DNA of 64,000 nucleotides from Gnetum montanum (taxonomy: Eukaryota > Plantae > Gnetophyta), in NCBI GenBank assembly GCA_015680685.1, contig MNCI01002247.1:162330-226329 (forward strand). The letters run 5' to 3'. Position numbers and translations under genes: made by a program. Under the pieces are notes generated by a model, which saw nothing but the letters and a program-made list of their open reading frames with translations, had not been told where the DNA came from and did not search any database. How positions within the stretch are numbered: the first letter of the stretch is position 1; each line of letters starts with the position of its first letter. This document shows positions 1 to 12,560 of the stretch, piece by piece.

Positions 1-2600
1 TATTTCTCTGTCTCATTTCTAGGCATTATATCCCCACAATCTATTCCCCAATCTCTCCCTTCATTGTACCAAGCACCGATCATGGCTACCTTACCTTACG
101 TGCATATTATACCTACATCGCAGCTGCATATAGTCTCTGCATCCATTCCAACATCTACACCTGTTCCATCATCAGCAGTGGGCCCACCCCCAACCACATG
201 GTGGACCCCATTTACTTTCCCCCTACTTCACAACCTTCCCAAATGTCACACTACGCTTACCATCAAACGTACCTGGTTCCACAAATGGTACAACCAAGTG
301 TGAGACTATGGTCTACCCCACCGATCACGTAAACAACTTACCCTATAGCACCACCCACTAGGTGGTGGACAGCACAAGAAGCACCCTTCATAGGGGCCAC
401 CCCAACAACACCACCTATGAGCCAGGCCATTGCCCCTACCATGCCAGCAATGGTGGCTACCCTTGTAGTTCCACAACCATCTACATCATCCCTGGGTCTA
501 TACCAAGCATTTTAGCTTATCTAGACCCTTACTGAAGAAGTTAAGCATCTCAAAGCTACCAGTTCTGACACAGTACAAGTCATGGATTTCTACCATGATG
601 ATCCCATCAGCTCAGTAGTCCCCATGCTCACATTACCCCTGGGATGCCCCTCCCCCATTTTACAAAATACAATGGGAAGGGTGACCCCAATGTGCATCGT
701 TTGACATTTAGATATGAGTCCCTTCTATTACAACAATGGCCACACACCATTATCTGCATCTTCGCTATGTCTTTCATGAGCAAATCTTGATACTGGTACT
801 ATGCGCTTCCATGCTATTCTATCTCAACCCTAGAGGAGTTCCTGACTCAATTTGTAACTCGTTTCAAGTATAACTTGAGACCAAAGGTTACGTTGGATTA
901 GTTAATGAGCCTTAAGCAAGATCCACTAGAATCAGTCCAAAAATTTATACAGCGGTGGAGCGCTACCCTGAATGAGATCTGTGAGCCTATCATGGAGGCC
1001 CATCTTCTAGCCATCTTTAAGGGTGTAGTGAATGACTTCATTAAGTCCAAACTGTACTACCTTGCTCCACGAACTCTTAGTCAAGATTTTGCCCAGACCA
1101 AGAGCATTCAAGACGTAGCCGCAGCAAGTAAAGACTTAGCCTATGTTCCATATAAGAACATGTATATCAAGAAGGACAAAGAGAAAGGCAAGGCTACAAC
1201 AGCCATAGTGGCCATAGTGGCAAATGAAGCAAAGCCCAACAACAAGAACAACAAAAAGGTGGCGACTACACCAACTAACCCCACACCTATCCCAAGCAAC
1301 ATCGCTCAACCCTTGACAGCAGCACCTAAAGCATCCACCCTACCTAAATCTAACTTCAAGTGTAAAGATCGCTCTAAATATACCCCGCTACCTGTCAAGC
1401 CTTTAGAACTCCTAAAGAAATTGCTAGGGGTGGGGTATATTCAACACAAGAGAATGTCAAAGGAGGCAACCAAAAGGCATCAATAGTACTGTGAGCTCCT
1501 TAGGAACCCCTCTTTGGCTATGTCCAATGAGCCATCTATTCCTAAGAATTTTATGCTGGAACAGTTTTCTAACTACCACCAAGTTTTTGGTCACGAAATG
1601 AATTGCTATTTAGCATTAAAGGATGACATTCAATGAATGATTGATCAAGGGAAGTTGGTTCTAGATGAAAGCAACCCCATGCATCCCGAGAATCAATCTA
1701 TGCATGTTTACATAGACCCACTTAATGCCAACAATGCTGGCTACATCATCAACACTATCAACGTAGAAAGTAATCCCAAACCACCTCAACAACCATTTGT
1801 GGTTTGTGTGCCTCATTGTAGTGCACCCACACCAAAAGTACCTAAAAAATGCTGCAGCAACCATTTTTCCTAAAGGTCCCTCCTTGGACATCCACCCCTG
1901 CACCTTCTGTAAACAAGATTGCACCACTACCTGCACTAATACCATGAACACCATTCATCCTCAGAGGGCCAAACCACTCAATCACCCTTGCCACGCATAA
2001 GATGGCACCATAGCCTTCTCATCCAAGGAAATGAGAAGAGCATTCGATAGGTGAAGTGGAAATGTGGTAGACCAAATCAAACCCACGACAATGTCATGTT
2101 TGAAGTCATTCAACAGGGTATGGGTCATGGTGAAAGGCACTATCCACATTGACTTTTTTGCAGGGGACTAGTTTCCCAAAAATGCAACATTTATCATGAT
2201 GGAAGAGATGCCTGGGTTTAACTTGATCCTGGGGAGGTCATGGTTGGCCCAACTTAGGGCTGTCTCTTCACCCATACATCAAGAAATCTATATACCCTAT
2301 GTAGATAGGGAGGTGGTGATCCACGGTGACGAGGTGGCAACCTAGGAAATAAACAACATAGATATGGAGTGGGGTTTGGAGGTCATAACCTCTGAGAACG
2401 AGGCACCTATCTCCATCGAAACTAATTATTTGATGAAAGAGCCACCCAACATGTTGGCTCAGAAAACAAAACTGTGTGGGCCGAGTTGCCTTTTCAAGTG
2501 GAAGACAATGATGTAGAATAATTTTGCAATAAAGCCTCTCGGCCTTACGTGTCACCAAATCCATGATGTGTCAAAAAGCAATTGCAAGGATGACTGTTAC
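1..2600 (+). pseudogene. gag: Degenerate gag-protease of copy A
   Basis: KYNGKGDPNVH and PLESVQKFIQRW capsid motifs, NYHQVFGHEMNC knuckle-like motif, protease C-half (MPGFNLILGRSWLAQLRAVSSPIHQEI). Protease N-half with the catalytic Asp is deleted near 2050. Many stops. Confidence 0.88.
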
Positions 2601-2748
2601 TTCTATAGCATAGCAACTCCACTGCTTCCTACTCAGTTAACATTTGTTATACGTTTATTTCTTACTTGCTTCACATTCATTCATCTATGCCAAGTGCCTA
2701 ACTTATTCTTTTAAACCATTCACATATCCTCTGTTTACATCACCACCA

Positions 2749-3032
2749 TAGCCCCGTAAGGCCTAAAACTGGCGAAACCTTTTTTTACCATTGTCCCATG
2801 GCCTGAAATGACCTAAAACTACACACAACCCACTAAGGCCTAAAACTGGCAAAGTTCTTTACCCCGCATCTCCGCGATGGCTTGAAATGGCCTAAAACTA
2901 GCGATGGCCCAGAATGGCCTTAAACTACCACTACGGCCCGCCAAGGCCTAAAACTGGCTATTCAAAAAAAACAAATAAAAGAAAAATTCTTTTTCTTCTC
3001 ACTTGACCACAACCCAAAATGGCCTAAAACTA
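2749..3032 (+). repeat. Stem-loop motif array 1 of copy A (~7 units GGCC-N6-GGCC-TWAAACT)
   Basis: e.g. ggcccagaatggccttaaact, ggcccgccaaggcctaaaact, ggcctgaaatgacctaaaact with variable spacers. Confidence 0.85.
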
Positions 3033-3177
3033 AGATGAAAAAAGATAAAAATGAATAGCATAGATAATACACAAGCTATAATAAAACGAATCTTGTCATA
3101 ATTCATTTTTCATTTAAAGTCTCAATTAAATAATGTTTGTAATATTATTTCAAAAATACAAATAAGATCCCTTGTTG

Positions 3178-6100
3178 TCATACATCATCTTCCTCTACAT
3201 CATCATTTGTGCCCTTAGAGGGCCTTGTATCTTCATCTAAATTCTGTACCACAGAAATTAAAGTAGTCCTCTAGAGTCACAATAAAAGATAGAATAAAAT
3301 AAATTGTTGTATCACAAAGAAGTGACTAACTTGAGACGGCCCCACATTTGTCTTAGGAGGTATGCAATCTAAGCCAATCCTGAGGCATTGCCAGACCTCC
3401 TCTTGAGTAATGTCCATCCAATGCCTATCTCCTAAGTCAGCGTTTACTACAACTTTCTTCTTTTCAACAGTCATCCATCTCAGTGGCCCTAGAGAAAAGG
3501 AGGTAGTGACGGTCCCACCTGCAGGGAAACTCACTTCCCATTCAGGGGATTCACTGACCATCACTTGTTGCATGAACTTGTCATAAGCCCTAGAAGCACC
3601 AATGGCATCGAGGAACACTTCATGAGTATAAAACTTAACAGAAGCATCCTACTACTATTTACAGTAGGTGGCACATTCTAGGTTATACATATGCTTATGG
3701 TTTTTCTGAGACTACCCCCACTTGTAAACCCTTGCACTATAATCTTTCCAATCTTGGTTCTTCTAGGCCAACAAGTCCATTTGCATATGTTGCTCTATTA
3801 TTTCATGTGTGGCCTCATTGTTGGGCTGCACAGCCATCCAATACCTCACGTCATCGATGATGGCCATGTGCTAACTACCATTTTTGGTATCCCAGGCCAT
3901 AAGGAACTCATTCTTGGAGTAGAGGTATCCCACCTTGGTGGTTAGAATTGCCTTATCTTTCTAAAGTATCTAGACCTGTTTCCATAGGTCTTCATTTACA
4001 TGCCTACACTCCCACAAGGAGCATTCCGAGTACAATGCACATTCGATAGCCTTGTTGTATATGTGACGAGGTACTTTGGTCACTTCTAGTGGGAATGCAG
4101 ACACGGCTTCTAGCTTAACTGCTTGCTAGGGTCCCACTTGAGGCGAGAAACTGTCAACTACACATAGAAAGGCATTAGTCACAGTGTAGCAAAGTTTAGC
4201 AATTTAAAAGGCCTAGCGTAGCTACTTCACTCACCCACTTCTAGCTCAATATGCTTTAGATGGTCAATCATGTCATCGACCACACCCTACATGAAGCAAA
4301 ACTTAACAGGGGTCTCAGCCCATGGTTGCAGGTGGATCGAAGAAGGGCCTACAATGTTAACAGTGGTGTCTGCTACATAACAAAATATGTTAGTTATGAC
4401 TAAGAGGACTACAATAAAGTTGATGAGCAATGCAAATGATAGTGTAAAGCTCCTACCTAGCAAACCCTCAGGGGTGATAGCGGGGGGGTCACCCATCGAC
4501 AAACTATCAAACATGTGGTCAAACTCACTAGCATCAAGTTGTAGCTCCACTCCTTCTAGATGACTTAACATCATGGAAGCGCCCTCCTTGTTCATCTACT
4601 CCTTCGATGCTAAACTACATTTAGCAAAGGGATCATCGGTAGAGGCCTCCTTCTACTTGACAAGGGCCTCTTCTTTATTCATTGGGGCCCTTTTTTTTGT
4701 GGCACACACCTCTTCCTCATTAGTAGGAGTGTCCTCCTCATTAGCAGGAGTGTCCTCCTCATCCACAGGAGTGTTCTTCTCATTAGCATGAGCCCTTTCC
4801 TTTGTAGCAGGAGCTCCTTATTTCTTGCTTAGGGCCCTTTCCTCTATGGCTAGGCCCCCCGTATCTTTATTGGTTGCCCCTATCTCAGGTGCCATCACTT
4901 CTTCTTCATCTTCTTCTTCTTCTTCTTCTTCCTCTGCTAATAAAGCGTGGCCACATTGGGCATAAGCATACTAACTTAAAATAGATGCTATGCTGTGCTA
5001 CGCTACCTAGCATAGCACAACATAGTAAGCATTAACCAAACAAATGAGGAAACAAATAAAAGGGGGATGCACTTACCAATGGAAGGCTACATTTTGCGAA
5101 GCTTGAACCGCAGTTTCTACCTTCCTTGTTCGTCCATACGGGGAGGCTCCTTAATTGGGAAAGACCTTTTGCACTGTAACTTAGTGGCCATTGTCTCTAT
5201 AATGAGGCATTTCCCCTATGATATGCTTCCTATAGTAGTAGGAAATGCCTCTCCTACGCTATCTTGGCCACAAAAATTGCATGCCACCCAATCCCTGGTT
5301 GTCATTGAAAATGACTCCCTAAGAGCTTCTGGGGGATCCTGGGATTGGGTGGTATGGAAGAGTTGGCAAATCCATGATTTGGAAATCTAGTTACAATTCT
5401 GTATCACCCAGACTCCATTCTCATAGACCACCAAGAATTCTATGAAGCACCGCAAGTAGGCTACAAAGAAGGCATGATGCACATTGAAACGGGATTAGGC
5501 TTCTTGCGAAACTTGACCATTTCAGCCTACAGACCTTTGCAAAGATTCTTGGCCCAATTGTAACAAGCCCCCTCTTCCATGACCTCTCTCATTATCCAAG
5601 CTTTCTTGATCCCAATGAGTTTTCCTTGGGAGAGTAGCTTGGGTAAAGCATGGGCATGGAAGACGGGGTAAACTATTTTGGCCACTCTTAGCCTAGCCTC
5701 TTCAATATGGATCCCCTTGTGGCCCTTCTCCACCCCTAGCCACTCCTCAATGTCCCCCTGATGGTTTGCCTCCTTTTTTATCTTTACTTCCATGGGGAGG
5801 CCATCAAATGAGGCACCAAAGAGATCCACAAATAGTTGGTCATTAATCTCAAGAATCACTAGCACACCGTGGACACATGTGCGGAAGCAGTCTGCTCTTT
5901 CGGAAAAGGAGTTAGCTAGGGAAAGCATCTCAGTAGTAAGAACTCTTAGGTTGATGGCCAAGAACAACTCCATAATCCCAGCATCCTGAAAGTTATTAAA
6001 GAGTAATTCTGGGGCCCCGTTGCAGAGCTAGCATTGGGTCTCATCCACCTCCCCCATACTTGAAATAAATGTTGGCCTCATTATGCCAAGAGGTGATCAT

Positions 6101-7889
6101 GGTAACCTCCTGGGATTTCTTCACTGTTGTAGCAATTTACAAAAAAGAAGTAAAAAGTTCAGCAAAACAAAAAATAGAAGAAAAATGAAACAACACTTGA
6201 ACATGCAAACATGAATTCATGGTCTAGCGTACTAGGTTTAAATGATGATGGGAATAGTGGGAGATCCACGAACATTTCTTCAACAGTGATTGGCCTAAGG
6301 AATGCCCAATCCCCATCCAACCAACTAACCTCCTTACACTTATTGTAAAATTGGGAGTACCGAGTTGGATAGGTTTTGTACTCACCCCCGCATTGGCCCA
6401 TCACGGCGATGCACACATTCCCAATAGAGGAAAACTCCTACAAGGCCATCTATGCTAAAGCCAAGGCATCAGTATCATCGTGAAGCCCACGCTTGTCGAT
6501 ATAAAACTTGGTAACACACAACAAAAAAAACACATACATTGTTAACATTATTGCCTAGCATAGCATGCATTGCATAATGTGACAGAATACATTTATAGAA
6601 CTCACCCACTGGAAAAATAAATGGCTCCTAGTGGGTTCTAAAAATAGATGCCCATGTGGTATGCAAAAAGTAATGTATTGTATAAGTGGTAACACTTATA
6701 CTATGGCATCTTCCAGATCCAACTCAAGCATCTTAGGCTTTTTGGGCTTTGGTTAGATCCTCCTGCCTGCTCGCCCCCGATTGCCTTATCGATCAAAAAT
6801 TTTAGAATACCCTGGTTTGCCCTAGGAAATAGGGTTTCTATAATCGTGGATGCTACCTTCATCGATAAGTGTGAGCAAACGATCATACTAAAGTGTTGGA
6901 GGAGGAATTGTAGGAAGTCCCGCATACCTTCCCAGAATTAGACTGCCTGCCTCTCCACATGTGCATGGGGTGGAGGAACATTGGCCACCAGTTCACTTAG
7001 GTAGGACAAAATCCCTACAATCTCAAAAATAATCAGAATGGATTTTAACATCACCTTGCACAATAGAATGACAAATTTTAGCATTATGTTCGAGTGGAGT
7101 TCGCATGTAGCATAGCACAATTAGCCATTTGCAGATAGCGTAGCATAACCCTTTCTTTGCATGTAGTGTAGCATAATCCCCCATTTGCAAATAGCATAGT
7201 GTAACTCTTTTTTTTTTTGCATGTAGCATAGCACAACAACATAACACATTTACAACTAAGGTAGATTCACCAACAAAACCACAGGATCAATAGCGTAGCA
7301 ACATGATATTACCGATGCATTGGTCCAAATGTCTTACAACACACCGGCCTAGAGTAACAAAAATTCTTAAATATGAATTTCAAATTAGAAAGAATTTAAT
7401 ATGATACTATTGTTTCAAAAACTTTCCTGCCGTATAAAAAAATTCATGCTACATTGCGATAAACACGTGTTACATTTTCAAATCTCGAGCGCGACCAAAC
7501 CCTCCTAAGTGCTACGCTATTAGAGTGCTAGGTTGCCAGAATCACCTAAACCTCTGCAGTAAGGTAGCCACAGAAATGGTGGTTTGGACAATACTACATG
7601 CAACCTTAGCATAGTGTCCATACACCCATCATGGCCGAATCAGTAACAACAACAGTGTAACAGCCAAAATGAAAACCAAAACGGTGACAAAAGATGAGGA
7701 TTTCAAAACAAAAAACAGAAGAAGAGACAATAACAACAACGTAAAAAACAAAGGTAGCATAGCAACTTACCAAGCCAATGAAGTCTCCTCTCATACCACA
7801 ACGCATGCCTATGATAGACATCCCAAAGTGTCTTTCACCTCATCTACCTTGGCAAGCGCTCGGTGTTTACGTTTTCTTTTAGGTGTCAT
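3178..7889 (-). pseudogene. Antisense multi-exon accessory gene of copy A (FCP1/NIF-like + PMD-like + acidic/coiled-coil)
   Basis: ORF fragments 3277-3618, 5527-5973, 6159-6416 and 6701-6925 are colinear and homologous with fragments in copy C (31186-35618). ATG at 7889 (MTPKRKRKHRALAKVDEVK). Donors GTAAGT/GTGAGT/GTTAGT sit at equivalent codons in both copies. Confidence 0.8.
6606..7060 (-). pseudogene. FCP1/SCP (NIF) HAD-phosphatase-like exon of the antisense gene, copy A
   Basis: ILIIFEIVGILSY...FWEGMRDFLQFLLQHFSMIVCSH...YHLYNTLLFAYHMGIYFxNP resembles the FCP1-homology pattern LVLDLNGLL...RPG..EFL.F..E.FEV.VWSS...YS..NTLLIDD......NP. Confidence 0.62.
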
Positions 7890-8004
7890 CGTCTCGATTG
7901 CAGATTCTCTCTTAGTCACTATGCTAAATCGCTTTTCTCTTTGTCAGTACAACTGCTCTACGCTCTGGATGTGGGCTTTGCACTCTTATGATGAAAATGA
8001 CAAG

Positions 8005-8035
8005 TTTACTAGGGGTAAACCCCTATTTATAGCCA
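8005..8035 (-). promoter_or_regulatory. TATA promoter of the antisense gene, copy A
   Basis: Minus strand CTATAAATAGGGGTTTACCCCTAG...TTTCATCATAAGAGT, conserved with copy C at 31026-31076, ~140 nt upstream of the antisense ATG. Confidence 0.65.
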
Positions 8036-8167
8036 ATATGGTGAAAAGAACTTGCCGTTTTCACACCCCAATTAATGTGGGATACTCCATACAACATAGC
8101 ACTCCCACCATCGCATAGTAGCACTGTTTTCATCATAGTAGGTAGGCCCAACCAAACATTTTTTCCC

Positions 8168-8505
8168 ACCTTAAACTAGCAACTTACCTTTGCAAGAATA
8201 ACCTATTAGCGGTCCACAAAGACCTTAAACTAATAGTTTTGACCTTTGTAAGAATAACTCGTTAGCGGTTCGCAAAGACCTTAAACTAATATTTTTGACT
8301 TACAAACATAACCTACTAGTGGTCCACAAAGACCTTAAACTAATACTCTTAACTTACAAACCTAACCCATTAACAGTCCACAAAGACCTTAAACTAATGG
8401 TTACGATTCATAGTTTGACAAAGTTAGCGGTCTGCAAAGACCTTAAACTAGCAATTTTAAACTACAACTCTACATCCAAGGGGTCCGGTACGACCTTAAA
8501 CTAGT
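8168..8505 (+). repeat. Stem-loop motif array 2 of copy A (~50-55 bp units, GGTC-N6-GACC-TTAAACTA)
   Basis: Repeated gcggtccacaaagaccttaaactaat; about 6 copies. Confidence 0.9.
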
Positions 8506-8606
8506 AGCTCACAAATTTTGCATCATAGGTGACAATAATTTTAGCCATTTCGTACCTGATTGGTGCTTTGTAAATGCTTACTATGTGCTGTTGCTAAAAA
8601 TAGGTA

Positions 8607-8653
8607 TCACTTGACTTGGCTTTTATCTTATTGTTGCAGGTTGAGCAAGAATG
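8607..8653 (+). promoter_or_regulatory. Putative 3' splice acceptor and pol start codon
   Basis: cttgac (branch-like) + U-rich tract + GCAG|G at 8638-8640, ATG at 8651. The same arrangement occurs in copy C (AG at 30250-30249, ATG at 30236). Confidence 0.6.
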
Positions 8654-11600
8654 GCCATGCATCATGATCTACCTTCACTTCTAGCCTTGAAAGGTCCACA
8701 TGGTGAGCTTACAAGACAATTGAACCCAAAGCCAATAGACTAGGAATCATCCACCAATAGCACTGTGGCATCCTTAGAAACATCCCCAGATTGACCCAAA
8801 CATCTAGTCCAAGCCTTAGATTTAGAGGCCAGGGATGTACCTAAGGACCCTCTCATTGAACTGCTTGTGACTACATCCAGGGGAAAAATAAAGACGTTAA
8901 AACTTAGCTCCCTCCTAGATTCACAAACACACAAAGATGTATCCAAGATCCTTCAAAAAAACATCAAGGTATTCACATGGTCCTATAATGACATGATGGG
9001 CTTAGATTCGAGGCTTATATAGCATAACATTATCTTAGACCTGCATGTGAAGGTATTAAAAAAAAGGCTCAAAAGATTAAACCAGAGATCACACTAGCTA
9101 TACGTGATGAAATCACGAAGCTGTATCAGGCTGGTTTCATTTAGGTAGTTGATTACTCAAAATGGGTGTTGAACATCATTGTAGTTTCTAAGAAAATGAG
9201 AGGAATATGAATCTGTATAAACTTTCATGATCTGAACAAAGCAATGATCAAAGATGACTTCCCATTGCCGAGTATTAATGAACTTATCGATACTACGACT
9301 GGTCACGCCCTACTATCCTTGATGGACGATTTCTCTAGTTACAATCAAATTCGTATCAACCTAGAGAATTAGTTAACAACCACTTTCATGATCCCATGGG
9401 GTACCTTTTGTTACACTATGATTCCCTTTGGACTTAAAAATGCTAGAGCAACCTACCAAAGAGCCATGACATAGATCTTTAGTGACTACACCCTAGAAAC
9501 ACTAAACGACTATGTGGATGACATAGCAGTCAAATCCAAAGAGGCTACTGATCACCCCAATGATCTAGGTGTAGTCCTCAAATGTTTCCAGATGCATGAC
9601 TTGCGTCTCAATCCAAAAAAGTGTGTCTTCGGGGTAAGAACCAGACGCATGTTAGGGTTTGTAGTATCAGAGGCTAGAAGAGGAGTGGACCCTAACAAAG
9701 TTAAGGCCATTGTTAATCTAGCCCTCCTTACCAACCTTAAAGAATTGTGCGGGTTGCAAGGTAGAGTATAGTTCATTAGAAGGTTTATAGCAAAGTTGAC
9801 TGACAAGTTACACCCTATGCAACACTTACTAAAGAAAGGGGTTAACTTCTAATGGACAACGCAATGCCAGCAAGCCTTTGATGACCTAAAGAAAGAGCTT
9901 TTACACCTCCCAACTATTTACCCACTGTAGAGGGATAAGACTTTCTACATCTACCTTGCCACCTTAGAAACATCTATCGCAACACTATTATGTCAAAGAA
10001 GAGATGACGGCTCTGAGATTCCAATTTATTACCTAAGTCATGCATTGATAGCATACGAGGTGAAGTACAATGAGGTGGAAAGAAACTGCCTCGCCCTAGT
10101 GTTTGCATTGAAAAAGTGGAGGCATTATCTATTTCATAGCAAAGTTAACATTATCTACAAAAGCAATGTACTCTAGGCTATCACAAATAATCTATAAGAA
10201 AGAAGCAGGATAGCCTGGTGGAAACCCATAACCATAGAATTTGATTTACATTATGTGACCCAATCATTAACGAAAGGTCAAGCCATAGCTACACAACTTA
10301 CAACCTTACCTGTCAATGATCGGGCAACCATAGAACCCGAATTCCCTGACGAGCACATTAACACCATCAATGTCATCCCATTACATCTAGAGGATACTTT
10401 GCATTTCGATAGTGCCTCGACTACACGAGCTAGTAGTGTAGCCACCATCATTACATTCCCCTCTGGGGACATTCAACCATTTCCTTATCATTTTACGTTT
10501 CTTTATACAAACAACATAGTAGAGTATGAAGGACTCCTTAGGGGCCTCTTAGCAGCCCGAGTGTTAAAAATTCAACATCTGGCAATTCACGGTGATTCAC
10601 AACTCATTGTCAATCAAATCACTGAGGTCTATGCCTACAATGCTACTCATCTGCAACTCTATTGTAACCTAGCCAAAATTTTTCTCAAACAGTTTCCCAC
10701 AACAGATGTCCAACACGTGCTATGCAATGAGAACATCGTATCAGATGCCTTGGCCACCATAGCATTAAATGTGCCACCACACCTATTCGCAACTTTACCC
10801 TCTTCGATAACCGAGTGTACGGAGCCTATCACTCAAGTGGTATACATCGCCTCTGTGAGCACTGCCAATAGCCAAGAGTGGTACGCCAACATTAAAGCAT
10901 ATCTGCAACATGGCAAACCCCCACATGGATTAACATCTACTCAAAGGGATGTGATCCGCAAGCATGCTTGAAAATATGTACTTATGGGAGACAACGCCTT
11001 ATGCAAACACTCCTTTGATGGGATATTACTAGCATGTGTAAACGAGGAACAAGTGCAAAGGATCATTAATGAAGTTCATGAAGGACTATGTGGTGGACAT
11101 ATAGCCCTTAGGGCCATGGAAGCAAAAATCAAATGCCTAGGATATTACTGGCCTCACATGGAACGAGATTGCCTTGCCAAAGTTAAGACTTGTGACACGT
11201 GCCAACAATATGGAAATATTATATGCATTTCACCTACTAATTTGCACCTGACACAGATCACGTGGCCATTCCAATGATGGGGACTAGACATTATAGGACC
11301 TATCACACCTAATTCTTCCACAGGGCATACCTTCATTATCACCGTCACTAAGTACTTTACAAAGTGGGTAGAGGCTATCCCCCTTAGGAAGACTACATCT
11401 CAATAGGTTTGCCACTTTATATTGGATAACATAGTAACAAGGTTTGGGCTTCCCATGACTATTGTGACAGAAAATGGGCCACATTTTAGTAGTATGGAAA
11501 CCAAAACCTTTTGCAGCAACCTTGGCATTAAGCAATCCTTTTCCTTGCTATACTACTCATAGGCAAACGGATAGGCAAAAGCTATGAACAAAGCCATCAA

Positions 11601-12120
11601 CAACTTGCTCAAGAAGATGCTTAGTAATAGTAAGAGGCGATGGAATGAGCAAATCCTCTATGTGCTATGGGCTTACAGAACAACATGTAGGATAACAATA
11701 GGTAAAAGTCCTTATAGTCTTATATATAGATTTGAAGCAGTGTTACCTCTCGAGCTATAGGTACCCTCACTTTGAATGATCCTATTAAACATCATGAACG
11801 AAGCCAAGAACAATGAGTCGAGGATCATCAACCTCGACTCCATAGAGAAGGAGCATGCACAAATACTTGGTCGCATCGAGTGATATCAAGACAGGCAACA
11901 ACAAAAGCATCATGCAAACCCACATCAACAGTCAATAAAAAAGGGGGACCTCATTCTCAAGGCTATTCGTGAACATGTGAACAAATTCTCAGCAAACTGG
12001 GAAGGTCCATTCATGGTCAAAAAAGCCTATGGGAATGGAGCCTTCAAACTGGTAGACATGGATGGCAAAGAGTTCGCAAATCCTATGAATCACTTGTATC
12101 TCAATCTGTACTACATCTGA
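8651..12120 (+). pseudogene. pol: Degenerate pol of copy A: RT - RNase H - archaeal-type RNase H - integrase
   Basis: RT YVDD at 9511 and LNPKKCVFGV; aRH LHFDSAS...TNNIVEYEGLL...GDSQLIVNQ...SDALA; integrase HEGLCGGH...CDTCQ, GLDIIGP, WEGPF; ends YYI* at 12120. Stops and a frameshift present. Confidence 0.95.
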
Positions 12121-12142
12121 TGCATGAGAAAGGTAAGCAAAT

Positions 12143-12560
12143 CATCCACTACAACGTAAAACTAGCAAAGATAGTCTGCTATGACTATAAACTGGCATAA
12201 ATATTCCACTATGACTATAAACTAGCACAGACAATCTGCCATGACGTAAAATTGGCAAAGCACTCCGCTATGACATTAAACTAGCACAGACAGTCCGCTA
12301 CAACCTTAAACTAGCCCATCCACCATCTACCATGATGATAAACTAGCATAACAGTCTACTGGGATCTTAAACTAGCATAGCAGTCTACTAGGACCTTAAA
12401 CTAGCACAATGACTATCTACTATGATGATAAACTAGCATAGTGGTCTGCTAGGGACTTAAACTAGCATAGTAGTCTACTAGGACCTTAAACTAGTACATC
12501 ACAGTCTGCTAGGACCTTAACCCAGCACATCAGATAGTCTACCAAGACCTTAAACTAAGT
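12143..12560 (+). repeat. Stem-loop motif array 3 of copy A (~30 bp units) in the 3' UTR
   Basis: About 14 units such as agtctgctatgactataaactggc, catctaccatgatgataaactagc, agtctactaggaccttaaactagc. Confidence 0.9.

Noticed and set aside
3178-7889. Antisense block as an independently nested transposon or recently captured host gene
   Set aside because: Present at the same position and orientation in A, B, C and F, with no visible terminal repeats or TSD.
12143-12560. CRISPR-like repeat-spacer array
   Set aside because: Eukaryotic retrotransposon context, degenerate repeats, very short related spacers and no cas genes; better explained as a hairpin-motif array.
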